Source: Paragordius varius (taxonomy: Eukaryota; Animalia; Nematomorpha). From it: DNA of 64,000 nucleotides. Both the position numbers and the translations under genes were made by a program. The notes beneath the pieces are model-generated. The model did no database searches. It was not told the origin of the DNA and saw only the letters and a list, made by a program, of their open reading frames with translations. Positions within the stretch are counted from its first letter, which is position 1. Each line of letters begins with the position of its first letter. Shown here piece after piece: positions 1-11,599 of the stretch. The DNA is taken from positions 1,116,001 to 1,180,000 of the forward strand of contig OZ176058.1 of NCBI GenBank assembly GCA_964247055.1. Reading direction: 5' to 3'.

Positions 1-231
1 ATAAATTAAATTAAAACTAAGTAAAATTTCCACAAATCTCTAATGCAAAATTTAATCAATCCTTTCTCCAAAATTTCTTAAAACTAATCAAAATCTTCAT
101 AACTTTCAAATATAACATCAAATCTCTAAAAATCTCCAAAAAATCTCTCAATTAAACCACAAATCAAAAATTCCTAAAACTATATTAGTAAATCTTTTCC
201 AAATATATTCCGAAAATCTTAAAAATCTTAC

Positions 232-3118
232 ATCAATGATAGCCGGATCAACCATAAGTTCTGGATCAGCTGGTGGCACTTTTCTAACGGTGGACGCATT
301 TAGGGATGATTGAGGCCCGCTGGTTTCTTCACACATAAAAATATCCTTTATATCATTCCCCTTGAACGTTATACATTTGTAAGTTTTATTCATGGTTGGG
401 GGTATGGGCGTAGGAGCTGGTCTTGACTCAGTTCCAAACATTTTAACTAAACAAGCATATGATATGAATCAGGTGATTAGTGAATGAATGATAAAAAGTA
501 TATATAAGTTGATATGTCCAGTAAAATACAACACTATATTTATAAAATTAAAAACAATAAGACTCTTCCAAACATATGGTACAAGTCAGCTGATATATAT
601 GATTATGGTAAATTTAATATTTAAAACACATTTTATTATTTAGAAAACATATATGGTGAAAAGCAAAGAAAATATAAAAGGGCATTTAAATAATTTTTTC
701 ACGGTTTGGAGTATAGATGGAGGAACTGGTCTCGCCTCCGTTCTAAACATTTTAACTACACAAACATATGATAAGTATCAGGTGATTAACGAATGAATGA
801 TTAAGATTTGAAATATGTGATAAAATTTCTTATTTTATAATTATTGGGGAAATTTGATTTTTATACCTTTTATTTTTAACAAATAATTACACAAGTGCCA
901 CATAAAACGGAATCATTGTTAATGTCAAAAACAAAAATGTTTTATCAAATATATAAAATGATAAATAGATGTCGTGTTTTATATCATTTCACTTTTAATA
1001 ATTAAAACATATATTGGAATTTTCCATCGATTCTTGTAACCATATTAGCACAATTTATAAAGCAATTATTTCTACAATTAAAAAATAAGATTTGCAAAGT
1101 AAAACCAGTATACATTTTGATTCATTACGCGCATTTCTTTTTCATTCAAACGCAACATTTTTTTCAATATGAAAAAACAATTTTTAACCGCTTAAACTCC
1201 TCCATATGAAAAACTTAATTTAACCCTTTTATTCAAATTGATGTAAATAAATACCACAGACTAAATTAATATAATATTTTTAAAAAACTACTTAAGGAAA
1301 TTGTTTTAATTTAAATTTATGCTTCTCTATCATAATAAAATAATATAATGGCAATTTACGGTCATGTAAAAAAATTTATTTTATCAAAAATTTGTTTTTT
1401 TGTCGTTAATGAGTATAAAAATTTGTTAAAGAATGGAAAAAAACCAGAGCTCTATGGTATTAACAATATCATATTCATAAAACATTTGTTTTTTTTTCGT
1501 TAAATGGGGGTATAAATATTTGGTAAAAAAAACAAGAGCATTATGGTATTAACAATATCATATTTATCAAAAAGTACCATAATGCTTTCCTATTTTTCCA
1601 TTCTTTACCCAATAATGCCCCCATTTAACGAAAACAAATTTTTGATAAAATAAAGCATATATAATGTATATAAATATAGAGTTTAGTTTTTTTCCTTTTT
1701 ATTAAAGGGTAATGACTTAAATTGTATCCGGACATGTGAAGTTGAATTGGAAAAAGATTTTTAATATATAGCATAGTAAACCATTTTTCACTGAAAAACA
1801 ACATTTATTTTAAAGCAAACGCAACATTTTTTCAACCATAGGCAACACTTTTTGAGTAGATTTTGTTTAACAAATGGCTCTTGATTGAATGAAAAAAAGA
1901 AAACAATTTTTTTCTAGATAAGGCAGTCCCTCCAAATTTTAGCGTAGAAGTAGCAAACATTAACAAAAATTTTTATTATATAAGTTTGTAATTTTTTCAG
2001 TTATGATCAAAATTGTGATAATATATAATAGAATAATTGACTGAGTTTATAATTTTTACCGCAAACTTGACCTGAAATAAATATCAAAAAATATTTTTGC
2101 TTTAAACTTTTCCATTTAAAATATCCGCTGCTAAAAAACCTTAAAGGAATTTTCAATTTTCAAAAAAATATATATTGTAGAATTAATTAGTCTAAATGGC
2201 TAATTCGATAAAGATACGAGAATATTACAGTATGAGTAAGTATATATATTGCTAGAAAGTTATAAATTATTGCCAAATAGTATATCCAGCAAAGTGAATT
2301 ATTATTGGCTTATAATATGAAAAGGGAAAAAATAACTATAAGCCAATAATAATGCCCCCTTTGTTGTATTTACTATTTATCAATAATTAATAACTTTCTA
2401 GCAATGTATACTTACTCATACTGTAATATAAATTTTGGATTAATTTATATAATCGCGAATAAAAAAAAATTTACAGTTTTTAGCATATTTAACCCTAAGT
2501 TAAGGTTTTATAAACAATGATATTTTTAAATTGAAATTTAAAAATAATAATTATATTTTTTTATATTTAAAATATAAATTTTACGCCTAAAATTATTTAT
2601 TTTGGACATTTTTTGCAAATCGTCTGCGTCAAGGCAAACATGCCAAAATGTTTAACGGAAAAAAATGGTGGTCAGTTAAATTAAATTTTTTTACATAATA
2701 AATGAATAAAAAAATATTTAAATTTTAAATGAAATATAATGTTAAATAAAATATTAAATTTACAAAATTATCAGGATTATAATTATAAGATAATTAAATA
2801 TATGTGAATAACGATATTTTCATAACAAAACTTCAAATTTCATTTAACAATTTAATTATTTAACTAAAAATAATCCAAAATTGTCTAATAATTATATATA
2901 GGTTCGATAACACAGTATATATTTATTAACCTATAATTTAAATTTAAAAACTATTATAATACTATATTATTTTTTTTCATATCATTAATAAAAAATATTA
3001 TACCATTAGCCAATTTAAGCGTACAATTGTTAATATCAATCGATTCCAAAATTCCTTCATAACGAATCAACGAATTTGTAATGAGGGATAGCTTGCTACC
3101 CAAATATTGTTCAGCCAT
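232..3118 (-). CDS. LSM14: LSM14/RAP55/Trailer hitch/Scd6-family protein, N-terminal LSm domain; first two exons only, gene continues beyond the left edge
   Basis: Exon 1 is 3118-3004 (115 nt, MAEQYLGSKLSLITNSLIRYEGILESIDINNCTLKLAN, donor G|gtataa). Exon 2 is 446-232 (acceptor tttag|, 215 nt, VKMFGTESRPAPTPIPP...ITFKGNDIKDIFMCEE...DPAIID, donor |gtaaga). Phases match. The motifs YxGSKxSLI, IRYEGIL, FGTExR, FxGxDIKD and DPAI are diagnostic of the LSM14 family. Confidence 0.9.
640..755 (-). other. Diverged partial duplicate of LSM14 exon 2; possible alternative terminal or poison exon
   Basis: Acceptor tgtgtag| is intact and in the same phase. Reads VKMFRTEARPVPPSILQTVKKLFKCPFIFSLLFTIYVF*, homologous to exon 2 for about 25 codons. 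AATAAA follows the stop directly. The upstream intron sequence is also duplicated. Confidence 0.6.
2228..2423. mobile_element. Tc1/mariner-type MITE, family with CAGTATGAGTAAGTATA terminal inverted repeats
   Basis: TIRs CAGTATGAGTAAGTATA / TATACTTACTCATACTG flanked by TA. Other copies at 27798-27990, 40527-40964 and about 59137-59330. Confidence 0.8.
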
Positions 3119-4341
3119 TGAATGATTTTGTGTTTATAAAACAATTAAACACGTTTAAAGTCTAAATGGATTAAATATCAAATATATACTTTGTAAAATT
3201 GGTGAATTAGAAAATATAAACATTTAAATATTTTTTTAAGTTAAAGTTTAAATTGTTTTTGTTGACAATAATAGTAATAGGCCATATAAAATGTGAAAAT
3301 CAGCTATTTGTAAATATTATTCACTAGGTATGGGGAGATAATATACGGACAAAATGGTAATATCATAAGGACAAAAGATTCTTTTTTAAACGTTAATTTT
3401 TCTGATATAAATATTTAATTACATTTACAAATTATAGAAATTATTGCTTATACAATTATTTTCTCTAATTTTTTTTGTTATTATAAATTATTATTTCAAG
3501 TAAAGAAAAAAAATATTTATTATATTTTACATTTTTACTTTTTTTCCGTATAATTTAAATTTTAGGGACTATTTTAGTTAAAAAATACATTTTCACACTT
3601 AGGTCAAAATTACCAAAATTTTATATTATCCATTTAAAAATGGTCACGTTGCAAAAAACTGCTTTTATTTAAAAACAGGTTTCTATCAAAGGGGATGTGC
3701 TCTTTTTTTTTAATTTTGGGTGGGGTGATAAAAAATTTTTTGCCTTGCAAATTTTTCAAGTCATGGCTTGCTTTTATGTGATAAAAAAAATTTAACATTA
3801 GACGACTTAAAAGCAAGAAAACTGATTCGGAGGTGATAAAAATTACGTGATCAAGTAAAACTTTTACAAAGTGTGGTGAAGGGCACACTTGAAAGATTCT
3901 TTATTTTGGGAACTATTTATAAATGTAATTTAGGCTTTATATATAATTAAAACCTTTGTTAATGATATAATTTTTATTTGATAAATTTTGGCTATTTAAC
4001 TTATAGGTGAATATAAAAGAGGATGAATTAATATAAAAACTCTGTTAATATTTAAAAACACGGCAAATAAAAATATATTCTATATATATCAATTCTATGA
4101 ACCCGCAAAAAATTAATTCTCAAAATATTCTTAAAATTTTTAAATATTAATATTTATAATATTAAATCTTCTTTTAATAAAAGCTAAAGGTTAGTTCACT
4201 AATTTTAACTAATGTAAAGACTTAATCATAAATTTATTTCGAATGTAATTTTGATAATAATAATAATAATATGTTATATTGTATATATATTTGCTGGACT
4301 CCTAACAAAATGAGTGTTGTAAAATAATAGAAAGTGTTTGA

Positions 4342-4832
4342 CACTTGGATGCAGCACATTCTAGTCCTTAGATTCAAATTTGGGTAGATAAATACCCCAG
4401 GCCTGTTTTAAATTAAATTCTTTTAAAAATATGCAAGGAAACCATAACAATATTTTGAACTTATATAGCATTAATAAACCTAAATATATAAAAAAAATTC
4501 AAAAATACTTGATATTACTTATTTTCAGCTAAAACCGAAAGGTAAATATTTAGTTCACGTGACATGTGTGCGATGGTAAAATTAAAAAATAATACAAAAT
4601 AAACCACTTCTTCTATTTATATCAATGTTATATGTGATTTAAATAAAAAATTAGCTTAAATTTTAATTATATTAAATGAACCAGGTATTTTGCAAAAATG
4701 TTTTAAAATAAAAATGGTGTCGAAAAATTTTTTTTAGATATTTTTGCTTCGTTATATAATTTAGGATAGAAGCATAAATTTAAATTGGTACCGTTTCCTT
4801 CAGTAGTTTTTTATAAATATTAAATCAAAGTG
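4342..4832. mobile_element. Non-autonomous DNA transposon, piggyBac-like (CACTT...AAGTG, TTAA flank)
   Basis: Ends CACTTGGAT...TCAAAGTG|TTAA, with an internal GGGTAGATAAATACCCC palindrome. Homologous to 48648-49203 and to elements in the micro-exon gene introns. The superfamily call rests on the termini only. Confidence 0.55.
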
Positions 4833-5655
4833 TTAAGATAATCAATTTTAATTAGATTCCCCATTTTATATTTGAATTTCATCGCGGGGTTTAGAAATTT
4901 TTAAAGGCCCGCAGGCTAGCGGAACCTTGTTGGATATGTACCAGAGTATATTGGGGCAGATATAAGACACTATTAAAATAAAAAGCTGTTCTTAAAATTT
5001 ATAACATCAAGTGTTTGCCAGTAAAATATAATTTGAAAGCTTTTTAAAATTAATTCTGCATTTCCCAGCCATAACATCATTTATTTGTCTGTTGTAATAA
5101 AAAAATAAAAGTATGGCAATGTCTTGTCTACATGATTCCAAATATAGCGAAATTCAAAAAAGCTGAGATGTGGTAAAATGATTCATATTTTATATTAAAT
5201 TGGATTATATTTTAGGTTTATTTATCAAAAGTAATTATTTAGTGGTTTATTATTTTATTTTTTTTAAAAAAATAAATTATCAATAGCTAAAAATCAATTA
5301 ATAGAGAAATCTGGTAGAAGAAACGAATTTAGCCATCATTTGAATATTTTTTGTTACGTATGCAAATTACAATTATATTTACTTATATTTATGATATAAA
5401 TAGTATGATAATATTTGCATAGTTTATATTTTATTTGAATCATGTAAATAACTATCCGTTAGTTACTCGTATATCCTTGTATAAACCTTATGAAAATATT
5501 ATGTTTTATTTGAATCATGCAAATTAATTCCACACAAAAAAATTATATATAAAGACGGATTAATAATTAAATTAATATATATAATTTTTACTTTTTAAAT
5601 TTTATCCATCCTTTCAACTACATTGGTGGCCAATCAAATTCCCAACTAATCTATA

Positions 5656-5937
5656 CCATTTACAATTCGATTTCCCCCTTAAACAATTCAAATTCACCCT
5701 CAAATAAAATATTTTTTAAGATTAAAAATTACCTATATTTTATATATTTTTAAAAAACAAAAATTTTGTTTTAAATTAAAACAATACTGAAAAAATAATA
5801 AACTATACCATAAACATATATTTCATATTAATAATGAGTTATATTAGTTCAAAAACATATAATTGATTTTTTGGGTGAATTTGAATTGTTCAAAGGTGAA
5901 TTTGAATTGTTCTAGGGTGAATTTGAACTGTAAATGG
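5656..5937. mobile_element. MITE with CCATTTACA termini and AATTCAAATTCACCC subterminal repeats
   Basis: TA-flanked CCATTTACAATT...AACTGTAAATGG. Related copies near 9360-9625, 17280-17545, 22030-22282, 31716-31904, 42066-42290, 43964-44206, 58092-58418 and 60115-60334. Confidence 0.7.
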
Positions 5938-5940
5938 TAT

Positions 5941-8066
5941 AACATAACAGTCTGGAGGCTCCACCAAGATCCAAACTAACATGACAACGCCAACTTCCAA
6001 TCTTGCTATGCTATGCATCGGGAAATATATGATAATATAAAGTTTGGGAAATATGATGATTATATGACAAATGTTATGGAGGCGAAAGATATTCCTGTAA
6101 CAGAACAAGTCCTCAATACAACTTTGCTCGCCTCCTGTGGTGTATTGGTTATACGCAAAATAAATCAAAGAATATATCCGAAAAAAAAGGATGCATCATA
6201 GAGCGACGAGATAATGACAACAGACCTAAAGAAATTTAATCCCACAAAATCTAAATTTTCAAAGTAGAATTAAATTTTTTCGATTTGTGAGGAGCAAGGC
6301 TGAATCTTTCCCCAATTTTCAGGAAGGGTTAAGATTGCCCAAATTCAATGGAACGTATTCGTGATGCCTGTCATTGGTTCACAACAACCTAAATTGGAAA
6401 TCGATATACATTCAAAATATTCTGATGCCGAAATCAACGCGCAACCCGTGCCTCTAGAAACGATAGTGGATCTCGCACTAGCACACGAGGCAACTAGGGC
6501 TGGCCTTCATAAATTATGATAATACCAATTATAACAATCGTAATATTTTGAATCGATTACAACACACCAATAAAGATGATTAGCCCATGCGTTCACGACA
6601 GCCAGCATCAAAATCCCTAACACATTTGTGCAATCGTTGTGGGAGTATCCATGGACCAAACAAATGTTCTGCCTGGAACCGCAATTGCAATAAATGCGGA
6701 AAACCCAACCACTTCGCTAAAATGTGTAGATCAAAAAACGCTGCTAAGATTATATTCAACCGCCAGATTCATCGAAAATCAATGCCAATGTCACCATGGA
6801 CAGTAAGAATATGATAAGCAATACAGAATTAGAATTTATCTACGACAAGCGGATATCAGTGTAATCAACTTTCAGGCATGGAAGCAAGTTGGTAAGCCAA
6901 ATATCAGACCCATACCGATAGTGAAAGCCTACAATAATAGTATAGTGCCCCTACTGGTCGTAACAACAGTTACAGTGCAAATAAATCGGCAAAACTTGGG
7001 GGACGCAGAAAGTTGTTACTGAAAGAAAGGATATCAAAGTTATCTTTCATTTGTGGCTTGGATTGGATCACGAAATTCAACATCGACACTCCTAAAGAAA
7101 CTTTTAATACTGCTTCATTGTCTTACCGTAACTCAATCCAGGGCTACCACGAAAGAAAGTCCCTTCCAAGCTGCTCTTGATGCGAGTAGTCCAAACATCA
7201 TTGACCTGAATAATCACGATGAAAACAACAGCCTTTAACGCACACCGTAAGCGTCGTGAGTTATCTCCATAGACAAACGGATAATAATTAAACACAAGGG
7301 TCCTGGATGGCGAGAAGGTGAGGTCGTCAATAGAACCGATCTTCTTTCTTACAGCGTATGGGATCAGGAAAACAATAAAGATGGTCAGAAAGTGCGCGGA
7401 TCAGATAAAACACTTAGATCCACCCGCTAACTTAACTACACCGGTTACTCAAAACAATAGTAATGACAGTAGCAAGGACAATAACAGTAATAATTCATAT
7501 CTCATTAATTATTTTTACTTTATACTTTAAATTTTAGTTATATTTTAATTATATTTTTTTTACGTTTGACAAAGATTAGTAGTAGTAATCGAAAATTTAC
7601 AATATAAATTCATATAATTTAGCTATAATTGCAATATAATAATGGTATCAGTATTGATAATAATCATAATAGTATCGACAATAATAAAGATAAAATAAAT
7701 GAGAGTATTGTTTTTATAAATATTAAAGATTAATGAAATTTTACGCAGTATACCTAAGAATTTTCACCGGATGCCGGTCCGGTTCTCACAAGGGTGTAGT
7801 GATGTTACATATGCAAATTTTAATTATATATTTTGTTTGTACACCATAATTTTTTGTGAGATTTGAATTGTATTATTTTTATATTTTTTGTACTATATAA
7901 ATATCATATCCTTTGTTATTCAAAATTTTATTGTTATAATGCAAATTATGTCACTTAAAAATAGTATAATAAAAGCACAAAAAAACCGAATAAATATCTT
8001 TTCAAATTTTACGTTTTATACCTTTGTTACCTTTTAACAAATAGTAATGACAATAATATAATGATA
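5941..8066 (+). mobile_element. Degenerate, internally deleted Ty3/gypsy LTR retrotransposon (gag - protease - integrase C-terminus - 3' LTR start)
   Basis: Gag remnant ERIRDA..VIG..ETIVDLALAHE. Double zinc knuckle CNRCGSIH..C..WNRNCNKCGKPNHFAKMCRSK (about 6630-6735). Protease remnant EFIYD..ADISV. Integrase tail GPGWREGEVV..SYSV..VRKCADQIK. Short purine tract, then TGTAGTGATG at 7795. No RT/RNase H. Many stops and frameshifts. Confidence 0.85.
5953..5970 (+). promoter_or_regulatory. Primer-binding site complementary to the 3' end of tRNA-Gln
   Basis: TGGAGGCTCCACCAAGAT lies 3 nt after a ...CATAACA LTR-like end. It matches the complement of the eukaryotic tRNA-Gln 3' end (TGGAGGTTCCACCGAGAT, recalled from memory) at 16/18 positions. 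Confidence 0.7.
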
Positions 8067-8658
8067 CAGTCATGTATCCTTTATTTTATCAAAATTTTTT
8101 TTTTCATTAATTGGGTCTAAATATTTGGTGAAGAATAGTTAAAACAAGAGAGCTCTATGGTATTAAAAATATTATATTCATCAAAAAATATAAGAATTAC
8201 CATAGAGCTCTTTCTTGTTATTTTCCATTCTTTACCAAATATTTATCCTCATTTAACGAAAAAAAAATTTTTTGATAAGATACATGACTGTAATATTTGC
8301 ATAGTCTATATTTTTATTATGTAAAAAACATATTTATTAGTTTGTATATACTCATGTATCCTTTTTTTATCAAAAATTTATTTTTTTAATTAAATGGGTA
8401 TAAATATTTGGTAAAGAATGGTTTACAGTTATGTATCCTTTATTTTATCAAATTTTTTTTTCGTTAAATGGGTATAAATTTTTGTGAAAAAATAGTTAAA
8501 ACAAGATAGGTCTATGGTATAAACAATATCATATTCATCAAAAAAGTATAAGAATTACCATAGAGCTCTTTCTTGTTTTAACCATTCTTTACCAAATATT
8601 TATACCCATTTAACGAATAAATAAATAAATATTTGATAAAATAAAGAAAACGTGACTG
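8067..8658. mobile_element. Two copies of a fold-back MITE with CAGTCATGTATCC termini (8067-8290 and 8426-8658)
   Basis: Long inverted arms with TA flanks. Further copies at 13833 (truncated), 14008-14238, 40702-40932, and fragments at about 1360-1660. Confidence 0.75.
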
Positions 8659-9200
8659 TAATATTTCCATAGTCTATATTTTAATTTGAATCATGAAAAT
8701 AACATATCCATTAGTTACTCATAGTGTATACTTATATGTAATATACAAATAGGTTATTTTATTTGTTTTATTACATGAAAAATTAGTTTCACTAAAAATA
8801 GTATATATAAACCACGAAATAATAAATATCTTTCTAATTTTTACTTATTGATTATTATCATTTCACCTTATTTATATTTCGTTTTTATCTGAAATATTTT
8901 ATATAGATGGAAATAATCATAAAATTAAGCGTTATAATTAAAAAATTCTGACTTAAATACTATCTTTTAGAAGAAATGCGTCATCTACTTATTGGTCTAT
9001 TTAAGAGTTACCAATTTCATATTTTATAATTACATTAAAAATGATATATTATACGGACAAAATGTCAACATAAAGACAAATATATTTTTTGAAAAACTGC
9101 TATACTTTTTTGACATAATTTTTTAAAATATCTTATTAAATTACAGAATATGAAATAGAGATGTAAATAGGTAATACAATCCATTATATACTTTTAAAAT

Positions 9201-9231
<31 letters not shown>

Positions 9232-9679
9232 GTGTATGATTAAAAATTAAACTATGTGACTTTAGGAGAAACTAAAATATTTTTTAGGTTTAGTTTCCAT
9301 TTTGTCTCTATAAAAAAGTTTAAATTTTTACGATCAGGAAAACGAAATCTCTCTATATCAATTATAATTCAAATTTACCCTTCGCTTATAATTCTTCACC
9401 CTCGAACAATTCAAATTTACTCTAATAAATTATGTGTTTTTTAAGATAAAATTCCTATATTATTTAATATTTTAAAAATTAAAATTTTATTGTTAAATTA
9501 AAATAATACTGGAAAAATAATAAACTATACTTTTTAGAATTATTTCATATAAATGAGTTATATTATTAACCCAAAAACACATAATCATTTTTAGGGTGAA
9601 TTTAGAAAATTTCAAGGGTGATTTTATATTTGTAAATAATATAATAGTTTATTTATTATATTCATAGGCTTTTAGCCCG

Positions 9680-10907
9680 CAACTATTTACCGATCTTGTA
9701 TGTGTCGCCACCTTTGTACAAGTTAATCATTAAAGCCTTGTTCTTGCCGATCAACATTATTCACACAAATTATAGTTTAGTTTTCAAACAATGTAAATTA
9801 AATTAAAAAACTTGGAATTTAATTTGATAAAACAACCAAATGACATGTACAGATCTTTTTTTGCTATTTTTATCAGCTGATTTCGTAGATATGCGCTATC
9901 TGCCAGCAATTAATTCAATATGTTATACATGGTTTAATAAAGGTTAACTCGACAACTCCTATCCTTGTATATTCTTTCAAAAATCAGTTTTTGTTTCAAA
10001 TCTATTAATTTTTAAATTTTGAATATTAAATATAAAAATAAAGGCGAAATCTGTTATAATCTCACTAAAAATAGCATAAAATAGTTAAAAATCAACAATA
10101 TATTTATATATATATATATATTTATTTATGGTTATTTTATTAGCCTTTAAAACAGCTGATCTAATTATTATACGCCATCTGCCCAAATCAGCATGGTTGA
10201 CCTTAAATGAGGTTAGAAGGACATTTCCTATCCTCATAAATATATTTTTATTTTTACTAACTAGATTATTGGGTATTGGATAATAAATATAAAAACAAAT
10301 TATATTTATTATAATATCAAAAATCAACAAAAACACAAGTAAAAATCAATTTTTAGCATAATTTATCAGCTGATGCAGTAAATTTACGCCATCTCGACGT
10401 GCCTGTAATTTTACGCCATCTCGAAGTGCCTAAATCAGCATGGTTTACATTGTCCGATGAATTTTTGTTTAACTGGACATCTCCAATCATCATAAATCAT
10501 CTTTGGTTTTACATAACTAGATTATTGTTTTTTGAGATATATCAAATATATTATCAACAAATTATATATTTATTATCATAATATCACAACAAATCAACAA
10601 AAACAACACAAGTGAAAATCAATTATTTAGCTATATCTATCAGAGCTGATCTAGTAAATTTACGCCATCTCACCATGACTGAATCAGCATGGTTTGCATT
10701 GTTCGATGAATCCTTGTTTAACTGGACATCTCCAATCATCATATATGCATTTTTATTTTTGCATATTGGGTATTGGATAAGAAATATAATATCAACATAT
10801 AAGATTTATTATAATATCAAAAATCAATAAAAACACAAGATAAAATCAATATTTAGCTATATTTATCAGCTGATATAAAAGATATACGCCATCTCGACGT
10901 GCCTAAA
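9680..10907 (-). repeat. Tandem ~230-bp repeats of the 3' half of the TSP1 exon plus 3' UTR
   Basis: About five units downstream of the exon copy at 10908-11044. The proximal units still read ..WRCPVKQGFIEQCKPC*; the distal ones are increasingly decayed. Confidence 0.8.
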
Positions 10908-11044
10908 TCAGCATGGTTTGCATTGTTCGATGAATCCTTGTTTAACTGGACATCTCCAATCCTCATAAATGCAAGTCCTTGCGCGCCGTTGAAAACCTTC
11001 AGAACGAGAACATCCACCCCACCTGCCCCAGGGGTGATACCAGC
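10908..11044 (-). other. Third copy of the TSP1 terminal exon (intact, no upstream exons of its own)
   Basis: ctag| acceptor, 137 nt, WYHPWGRWGGCSRSEGFQRRARTCIYEDWRCPVKQGFIEQCKPC*. Differs from 18538-18674 by 4 synonymous changes and 1 D/E change. Confidence 0.8.
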
Positions 11045-11099
11045 CTAGTACACATTTTTTATTTTTTTTTATTTAAATGATTTTTTTTTTAAATTAAAC

Positions 11100-11510
11100 T
11101 TATATTAACTATAAATATAATTAATTAATATTTTTTATTTAGATAAAATAATTTGATATCTTAAATTAACCATATATATGTTAGTTAATTAATAATCTTT
11201 TTTTTAATTAGATAAAATAATTTATCTTAAATTAACCATATATATGTTAGTTGATTAATATTTTATTTTAATTGGGTTTTTGTGGACATTTGATATCTTA
11301 AACTAACCATGAATATTTTGGTTGATTAATATTTTATTTTAATTGATTCTTTTTAAAAATAAATATATTAAACTATAAATATTTTAATTTAATTGGGTTT
11401 TTTATTTAGATGGTATAATTTGATATCTTATATTAACCATATATATTTTAGTGGATTAATATTTTTTTATTAGATAAAATAATTTGATATCTTAAATAAC
11501 CATATATAAA
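11100..11510. repeat. AT-rich ~60-bp minisatellite
   Basis: About 6-7 units of TTTATTTAGATAAAATAATTTGATATCTTAAATTAACCATATATATGTTAGTTAATTAATA. The same unit occurs at about 15900-16000 and 18710-19330. Confidence 0.75.
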
Positions 11511-11599
11511 TCAATTTTTTGGTGCATTGACATTTTATTATACAATATTTTACGTGTAATTTTTTTATTATATCTTTTATATTTTAAAAAAAAATAGGG

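Noticed and set aside
148-441. 97-aa single-exon ORF from the track
   Set aside because: It is LSM14 exon 2. The internal Met is not the start, and the tail VRFLRF...WFN is read-through past a GTAAGA donor at 231.
3634-3930. 84-aa minus ORF / plus-strand gag- or Tc1-like fragments
   Set aside because: No recognisable motif longer than a few residues, frames are broken, and no paralogue is available for testing.
5953-5970. tRNA-Gln gene on the minus strand
   Set aside because: Only 18 nt match, and they include the complement of CCA. The position after an LTR-like end identifies a PBS.
10085-10830. Track ORFs 10085-10336, 10399-10581 and 10612-10830
   Set aside because: They are antisense or off-frame readings of the partial TSP1-exon repeats.
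9680-11044. CRISPR-like or operon-like repeat array
   Set aside because: Units are ~230 bp of degenerate exon/UTR duplicates with no unique spacers and no cas genes, in a eukaryotic context.
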